The position numbers and the translations under genes are program-made. From an uncultured Oscillospiraceae bacterium (GTDB lineage Bacteria > Bacillota > Clostridia > Oscillospirales > Oscillospiraceae), in the NCBI GenBank assembly GCA_964604925.1, contig CAZSAZ010000001.1, forward strand, positions 1 through 40,949: a DNA stretch of 40,949 bases, given 5' to 3'. Of the stretch, positions 35,581-40,949 are shown piece by piece. The notes beneath the pieces were generated by a model. That model was not told the DNA's origin. It worked only from the letters and a program-made list of their open reading frames with translations, and searched no databases. Positions within the stretch are counted from its first letter, which is position 1, and each line of letters begins with the position of its first letter.

Positions 35581-37956
35581 ATGAAGCTGAGCAAGAAGTT
35601 GCTGGCATTGCTTCTGTGCCTGACCGTGGTTCTGTCCCTGGTTCCCATGGTGAGCGCAGAGGAAGTGCTGCCCCTGGCAAATGAGGACGAAGTGGTGATC
35701 TACTACACCAACGACGTTCACACCTACATTGATAAGACCCTTTCCTACGACAACATTGCGGATCTGAAAACCCAGACCGCCCTCCAGGCTGCTGGTGTGC
35801 TCCTGGTAGATGCCGGTGACCATGTCCAGGGTACCGCCTATGGCTCCATGGACAAGGGCGCGACCATCGTGGAATTGATGGAAGCTGCCGGTTATGATCT
35901 GGCCACCCTGGGTAACCATGAGTTTGACTATGGCATGACCCGGGCACTGGAAATTGCCACCCAGGGGAATGTCCCCTATGTGTCCTGCAACTTCTACCAC
36001 GAGGAAAGTGGCGTTCCCGGCGACACGGTGCTGGATGCCTATCGTGTGTTTGAAGTGGGCGGACTGCGCATCGCCTTCATCGGCGTCACCACCCCCGAAT
36101 CCTTTACCAAGTCCACCCCTGCCTATTTCCAGGATGAGGATGGCAACTATATCTATGGCATCGCCGGCGGCGAGGATGGCTCTGATCTGTACCAGACCGT
36201 TCAGGCTGCCATTGACGCAGCTTCCCAGGAAGCAGATTTGGTCATTGCCCTGGCCCACTTGGGTGACGATACGGCTTCCCGCCCCTGGACCAGTGAAGAA
36301 CTCATTGCCAACACCACCGGCCTGGATGCCCTTGTTGATGGCCACTCCCATTCCACCGTGCCCATGAAGGAAGTGGAAGATGCTGAGGGCAACACCGTCG
36401 TTCTGACTCAGACCGGTGAATACTTCAACGCCATTGGCAAGATGACCATCCACCTGGAGACCCAGGAAGTGAAAACCGAACTGCTTACCGAGTATGAAGG
36501 TTCCAACGAGGATGTGAAGGCCATCAAAGATGCCTGGATGGGAGAAATCGACGAGCAGCTGGGCGAGGTCATCGGCTATGCCGAAGTGACACTGGACAAC
36601 TACGATGCCGAAGGCACGCGTTTGGTGCGGAAGGTGGAGACCAACACTGGTGATTTTGCCGCCGATGCACTGTACTATCTGTTTGACAACATGGGCCTGG
36701 ATGTGGACGTTGCCATCATGAATGGTGGCGGTGTCCGGAACAAGGCCATTACCGGCGAGCTGAGCTACAAGACCATGAAGGACATTCATACCTTTGGCAA
36801 TGTGGCCTGCTTGCAGACCATCACCGGCCAGCAATTGCTGGATGCCCTGGAATGGGGTGCCCGGGGCACTTATGACGAAGAAGTGGGTGGATTCCTCCAT
36901 GTTTCCGGTATCACCTACGAGATTCATACCTATATTGACACTACCGTTCAGATGGATGACAAGGGCGTTTGGGTCGGTGGCCCCACTGGGGAATATCGGG
37001 TCAAGAACGTGAAAATTCTCCAGGATGGGGAGTACGTGGATCTGGATCTGGAAGGGGAGTACAACCTGGCTGGTTATAACTACACCCTCCGGGATCTGGG
37101 CGACGGATTTGCCATGTTTGATGGTGCCGTCAATGTGCTGGACTATGTGATGGAGGACTACATGGTTCTGGCGAACTATGTGGAGTCCTTCCCGGTTAGC
37201 CAGGATCATGACGGCCTGCCCACCATTACTGCAGACAACAGCCCCTATGCCTCCGTCACCGGCGAGGGCAGAATCACTCTGGTTACCGAGAAGGAAGAGG
37301 AAGAACATACCCATGTGTTCCCCGAAGCGTGGATCGTGGTAAAGGATCCTTCCTCCACTGAGGACGGTCTGGCAGAGCGGTACTGCGAATGTGGCGAGAA
37401 AGAAACCATGAGCATTGACAAGCTGGAAAACCGGTTTGAAGATGTCAATGAGAAAGAATACTACTTTGAGCCTGTGCTGTGGGGCGATTTCTGGGGCATC
37501 ACCGCTGGTGCTACGGAGACCACCTTCGAGCCGGAGGAGAACTGCACCCGCGCCCAGATCGTCACCTTCTTGTGGAGAGCCTGTGGGGAACCGGAGCATC
37601 ATGTCACTGAGAATCCCTTCCAGGATCTGGACGAAGAAGAATACTATGTGGATGCGGTGCTGTGGGCCTATGAAAATGGCATTACCGCCGGTGTCAGCAA
37701 GACCCGCTTTGCGCCTGACCTGCCCTGCACCAGAGCAGAGGCTGTGAGCTTCCTCCATCGGGCTGTTGGCGAGGAGCAGACCGCAGGAAAGCATCCCTTC
37801 ACCGACCTGAAGGAAGGGGAATACTATGTGGATGCCGTGACCTGGGCCTATGAAAACGAAGTTGTGGCCGGCGTGACCGAGACCACCTTTGCCCCGGATC
37901 TCAACTGCACCAGAGCTCAGATTATCTCTTTCCTGTATCGTTTGTTGCACGTCTAA
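35581..37956 (+). CDS. Secreted 5'-nucleotidase / metallophosphoesterase with three C-terminal SLH domains
   Basis: Signal peptide MKLSKKLLALLLCLTVVLSLVPMVSA; TNDVH, DAGD, GNHEFDYG, AHLG and DGHSH; 5'-NT C-domain R..ETN.GD..ADA and NGGGVR; three F.D...TRA(Q/E) SLH repeats. Confidence 0.93.
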   Translation: MKLSKKLLALLLCLTVVLSLVPMVSAEEVLPLANEDEVVIYYTNDVHTYIDKTLSYDNIADLKTQTALQAAGVLLVDAGDHVQGTAYGSMDKGATIVELMEAAGYDLATLGNHEFDYGMTRALEIATQGNVPYVSCNFYHEESGVPGDTVLDAYRVFEVGGLRIAFIGVTTPESFTKSTPAYFQDEDGNYIYGIAGGEDGSDLYQTVQAAIDAASQEADLVIALAHLGDDTASRPWTSEELIANTTGLDALVDGHSHSTVPMKEVEDAEGNTVVLTQTGEYFNAIGKMTIHLETQEVKTELLTEYEGSNEDVKAIKDAWMGEIDEQLGEVIGYAEVTLDNYDAEGTRLVRKVETNTGDFAADALYYLFDNMGLDVDVAIMNGGGVRNKAITGELSYKTMKDIHTFGNVACLQTITGQQLLDALEWGARGTYDEEVGGFLHVSGITYEIHTYIDTTVQMDDKGVWVGGPTGEYRVKNVKILQDGEYVDLDLEGEYNLAGYNYTLRDLGDGFAMFDGAVNVLDYVMEDYMVLANYVESFPVSQDHDGLPTITADNSPYASVTGEGRITLVTEKEEEEHTHVFPEAWIVVKDPSSTEDGLAERYCECGEKETMSIDKLENRFEDVNEKEYYFEPVLWGDFWGITAGATETTFEPEENCTRAQIVTFLWRACGEPEHHVTENPFQDLDEEEYYVDAVLWAYENGITAGVSKTRFAPDLPCTRAEAVSFLHRAVGEEQTAGKHPFTDLKEGEYYVDAVTWAYENEVVAGVTETTFAPDLNCTRAQIISFLYRLLHV

Positions 37957-37972
37957 GGGTTCTATTACATTC

Positions 37973-38005
37973 GGCTGCCGTCCATGTTTGGGCGGCAGCC
38001 TTTTT
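37973..38005 (+). terminator. Intrinsic terminator
   Basis: GGCTGCCGTCCA-tgtt-TGGGCGGCAGCC followed by TTTTT. Confidence 0.8.
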
Positions 38006-38015
38006 CGCCTCAGGG

Positions 38016-38044
38016 TTGCATTTCGGGGAAAAAGAAGGTATGAT
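38016..38044 (+). promoter_or_regulatory. Sigma-A promoter of the ParB-BMP / phosphoesterase operon
   Basis: TTGCAT-17 bp-TATGAT. Confidence 0.6.
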
Positions 38045-38097
38045 AACCACAGTCGTGATGAAGTAGTTTTCCAGAATATGGAATGGGAGGAACAAAC

Positions 38098-40008
38098 ATG
38101 GGAAGAACCGAATCGGTGGAGGAATATACCCGAGCTTGGAAGCTGGGACAGAGGGAATGTAAAGACCGCTTGTCCAGGGGACTGGATCCCTACCCCCAGG
38201 TGCTGACCCAGATCGCCGGGGCGGCAGTGGAATCCAGTAGCTATGTGGGATTGGTGGAGATTCCGGCAGAGCGGATCGTGGGAACCAAAACCCAGGGAAG
38301 AGTCTCTGCGTTTACGGCAGGATTTTTGCCCCTGCTGGGGTTGGAAACGGAATTTGCAAACAAGTGGATTACCCTGTGTGAAGCCCATCTGGAAGATGGA
38401 ATCCGGGAACCCATTGTGTGTTATGAATACCTGGGGAATTTCTATGTCCAGGAGGGAAATAAGCGGGTTAGCGTGCTGCGTTATTTCGGAGCACCCCGGA
38501 TCCCGGGGATTGTCCACCGGGTGATGCCCAGGGAAATCGATCCGGCCCGTGGAAAGGCGTACCAGGAATTTTTGGATTTTTACAAGGTTGCTGGGCTGTA
38601 TGACATCCAGTTTACCCAACCGGGGCAGTATCAAAAGCTCCTGGAAGGGGTGGGAATTCCTGGAGATCGGCCCTGGACGGAGACGGAACGCCGCCGATTC
38701 CGGGCATACTATCAATACTTCCGTAACGCCCTGGCGGCCCAGGGCGGAGAGGCTCTGGCGGTGACACCGGAGGAGGTGCTGCTGCTGTGGTTGGAGGTAC
38801 ATCCTTACACAGATTTGGGAGACTTGACCGCCGGGGAACTGAAAAAGAGTCTGGCGAAGCTCTGGGAAAATGTTCAGGCGTTGGAACATCCTGTGCCATT
38901 GGTGCGGACAGAGCCTGCAGCGGAGACCAGCGGAAGCATCCTGTCGAAGATCATCAGCCCGGATCATGTGAAGGTGGCCTTTGTCCACCAGCGAACGGAG
39001 GCTTCATCTCCCTGGACGCAGGCCCATGAAGCCGGACGGCGATATCTGGAAGAGGCACTGGGACACCAGGTGGAAACGGAGTCTTATTTTGGAGCAGATA
39101 CCCCGGAATTGGCGGAGGAAAAGCTGGAACAGGCTGTGGAGGAAGGGGCCGATATTGTGTTCACCACCACCCCTCAGCTCATTGCCCCCAGCTTGAAGAT
39201 TTCGGTGCAGTACCCCAAGGTGAAGGTGCTCAATTGCTCAGTGCATATGCCCTACTCCACGGTGCGTACCTACTATAGTCGAATTTACGAAGGAAAGTTT
39301 ATCACCGGCGCCATTGCCGGTGCCATGGCCCGAAATGACCGGATTGGATATGTGGGATCTTATCCCATCCACGGCGTACCTGCTTCCATCAATGCCTTTG
39401 CTCTGGGGGCCCAGATGACCAATCCCCGGGCCAAGGTTGAGTTGAAATGGTCTTGCCTCCCGGGAAATCCCACCCAGGAATTCCTGAAATCCGGCATCCG
39501 GGTGGTTTCGAACCGGGATACACCGGTGGAAGATCGACTGTTCCATGAATACGGAACCTATATCTACCGGGAGGATGGGAGCCAGATCCCCCTGGGCTCT
39601 CCGGTGTGGGTTTGGGGAAAATTCTATGAAAAGGTGGTTCGCTCGGTGCTGGCTGGATCCTGGGAGGGGTCAAGCGGCAAGGCGGTGAATTACTGGTGGG
39701 GCTTAAGCAGCGGCGTGATCGATGTGACACTGTCGGAGGAACTCCCCGAGGGGGTTAAGCGGTTGGCGATGCTGCTGCGGGAGGGCTTGCGCCGGGGCAC
39801 CATCGACCCATTCTGCCGGAGAATCCTGGCTCAGGATGGCTCGGTGAAAAACGAAGGAGATCGGGGCTTTACCCCGGAGGAATTGCTGGATATGGATTGG
39901 TTGTGCGAAAATGTCACCGGCTCCATTCCCAAATATGAGGAGCTTTTGCCCTATTCTCGGGGAATGGTGAAGCTCCTGGGGGTATATCCCCAGGAAAGTG
40001 AGGTATGA
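38098..40008 (+). CDS. Cytoplasmic fusion: N-terminal ParB/Srx-like domain + C-terminal BMP-family (nucleoside-binding) domain
   Basis: N-half EIPAERIVGT...F...FLP...W...GIREPIVCYEYLGNFYVQEGNKRVSV; C-half WTQAHEAGR, GADIVFTT, RIYEGKFITGAIAGAM, RIGYV, INAFALGAQMTNP.AKV and YWWGLSSGVID. No signal peptide or lipobox. SD GGAGG before ATG 38098. Confidence 0.85.
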   Translation: MGRTESVEEYTRAWKLGQRECKDRLSRGLDPYPQVLTQIAGAAVESSSYVGLVEIPAERIVGTKTQGRVSAFTAGFLPLLGLETEFANKWITLCEAHLEDGIREPIVCYEYLGNFYVQEGNKRVSVLRYFGAPRIPGIVHRVMPREIDPARGKAYQEFLDFYKVAGLYDIQFTQPGQYQKLLEGVGIPGDRPWTETERRRFRAYYQYFRNALAAQGGEALAVTPEEVLLLWLEVHPYTDLGDLTAGELKKSLAKLWENVQALEHPVPLVRTEPAAETSGSILSKIISPDHVKVAFVHQRTEASSPWTQAHEAGRRYLEEALGHQVETESYFGADTPELAEEKLEQAVEEGADIVFTTTPQLIAPSLKISVQYPKVKVLNCSVHMPYSTVRTYYSRIYEGKFITGAIAGAMARNDRIGYVGSYPIHGVPASINAFALGAQMTNPRAKVELKWSCLPGNPTQEFLKSGIRVVSNRDTPVEDRLFHEYGTYIYREDGSQIPLGSPVWVWGKFYEKVVRSVLAGSWEGSSGKAVNYWWGLSSGVIDVTLSEELPEGVKRLAMLLREGLRRGTIDPFCRRILAQDGSVKNEGDRGFTPEELLDMDWLCENVTGSIPKYEELLPYSRGMVKLLGVYPQESEV

Positions 40009-40012
40009 CCTG

Positions 40013-40681
40013 TTGAAGATACTTTGTGTTGCCGACGAAGAACAGATGTCCCTGTGGGATCATTATGTGCCTGGTCGGCTGAAGGAGTATGACTTGATTT
40101 TATCTTCGGGGGATCTCCATGCGGCTTACCTGTCTTTCTTGGTAACCATGGGCCGGGCGCCTGTGATGTATGTCCACGGAAACCATGACATTGGCTACGG
40201 CGCGCATCCCCCGGAGGGATGCGATGACATCGACGGGAAAATCGTGGTGTACCGGGGGTTGCGGATTCTGGGACTGGGGGGATGCCTGTGGTACCGTCCG
40301 GGGGCTCATCAATACACCGATCAGGAAATGCGCCGCCGGATTCGGAAACTCCGCCGGGAGATTCAACGCCTGGGCGGGGTGGATCTGGTGGTGACCCATG
40401 CACCACCCAAGGGCGTGGGAGACGGTGAGGATCGGGCACACCAGGGATTTGAAGCACTGCTGGAGCTCATTGACCGGTATCATCCCATGTATCTGCTCCA
40501 TGGCCATGTGCATTTGCGCTATGGTATGGGCCTGACCCGGGAACGGGAATACGCCGGGACGAAGGTCATCAACGTTTGTCAAAGCTATGTTCTGGAGATT
40601 CCGGATCCTCCGGAGAATCCAGAACTGGAGCGGGCGGCCAGGAGAAATGCCATGTGGCGGCGGTTTTGGGGACAAAGCTGA
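40013..40681 (+). CDS. Calcineurin-like metallophosphoesterase
   Basis: KILCVAD, LILSSGD, YVHGNHD, VTHAPP and HGHVH. TTG 40013 follows SD GAGGT inside the end of the upstream gene; GTG 39998 is an alternative start. Confidence 0.9.
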   Translation: MKILCVADEEQMSLWDHYVPGRLKEYDLILSSGDLHAAYLSFLVTMGRAPVMYVHGNHDIGYGAHPPEGCDDIDGKIVVYRGLRILGLGGCLWYRPGAHQYTDQEMRRRIRKLRREIQRLGGVDLVVTHAPPKGVGDGEDRAHQGFEALLELIDRYHPMYLLHGHVHLRYGMGLTREREYAGTKVINVCQSYVLEIPDPPENPELERAARRNAMWRRFWGQS

Positions 40682-40721
40682 TTTTTGGAACGACAAAACA
40701 GGAAAAATTCGGAAAAAGCCC

Positions 40722-40750
40722 TTGACAAATCGACAAAAATCCAATAAAAT
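40722..40750 (+). promoter_or_regulatory. Near-consensus sigma-A promoter of the rpsF operon
   Basis: TTGACA-17 bp-TAAAAT with an A-rich UP element. Confidence 0.85.
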
Positions 40751-40774
40751 AATACGGTCTGTGAAAACAGACAA

Positions 40775-40822
40775 CTCTTTGCTCACGGCGCGTCCGTGGG
40801 CCATTCAGACCATAAGGAGGTG
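40775..40822 (+). promoter_or_regulatory. S6:S18 ribosomal protein leader (autogenous control RNA)
   Basis: CTCTTT pairs with the SD AAGGAG; inner hairpin GCTCACGG/CCGTGGGC; CC(A) motif then ...GACCATAAGGAGGTG. The layout matches the known Firmicute rpsF leader. Confidence 0.75.
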
Positions 40823-40830
40823 CAAACAAC

Positions 40831-40949
40831 ATGGCTAAGATCACCGGTAAGTATGAGGTGCTCTACATCATCAACCCCACCCTGGGCGAGGAGAGCATCG
40901 CAGCACTTGTGGAAAAGTTCAAGGCAATGGTGGAAGCGGAGGGTACTCT
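40831..40949 (+). CDS. rpsF: 30S ribosomal protein S6, 3'-truncated by the window edge
   Basis: MAKITGKYEVLYIINPTLGEESIAALVEKFKAMVEAEG matches the S6 N-terminus (YE..YI..P.L.EE); perfect SD TAAGGAGGTG. Confidence 0.92.
   Translation, partial: MAKITGKYEVLYIINPTLGEESIAALVEKFKAMVEAEGT

Noticed and set aside
35281-38988. 1235-aa minus-strand ORF
   Set aside because: Antisense shadow of the nucleotidase and ParB-BMP genes. Sense codons TTA, CTA and TCA are rare here, so the mirrored frame lacks stops. No recognisable motifs.
38098-40008. Ordinary ABC-transporter BMP lipoprotein, or a chromosome-partitioning ParB
   Set aside because: No signal peptide, lipobox or ABC genes; no recognisable HTH, parA or parS.
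1-40949. Prophage, IS, integron, defence island, tRNA/rRNA or canonical parS (TGTTTCACGTGAAACA)
   Set aside because: No integrase, transposase, phage or known defence motifs were seen, and no RNA gene or parS match was noticed on manual reading.

Overview
Chromosomal, GC-rich Firmicute DNA; gene content, SLH domains and sigma-A promoters suggest a Clostridia member, probably Oscillospiraceae-like (inference). I found no mobile element, CRISPR array, tRNA or rRNA. In order, the window holds: the 3' end of a corrinoid-activation locus (RACo/ASKHA plus DUF3786); an AraC / GPH-type MFS symporter / divergent creatininase-family module; an AEC transporter, RluA and an ABC exporter; a DUF134-NifB/NifX fusion with thioredoxin; an aldehyde dehydrogenase; and a 12-gene cell-wall glycopolymer operon (11.7-24.5 kb) whose core closely resembles the pneumococcal AATGal/ribitol-phosphate teichoic acid pathway. 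It continues with a FemABX/MurM ligase and an atypical alanine racemase, an orphan Noc-type ParB, typA, a DAG-kinase-family gene, a THUMP rRNA methylase, nfeD-SPFH with two small ORFs, and an extended AraC. It ends with an SLH-anchored 5'-nucleotidase, a two-gene operon, and the start of rpsF with its S6:S18 leader. The best candidate for an undescribed system is that two-gene operon (38098-40681): a signal-peptide-less ParB/Srx-fold domain fused to a BMP nucleoside-binding domain, coupled to a calcineurin-like phosphoesterase, with no ABC transporter genes nearby. All family calls come from motif recognition and recalled sequences, not from database searches.
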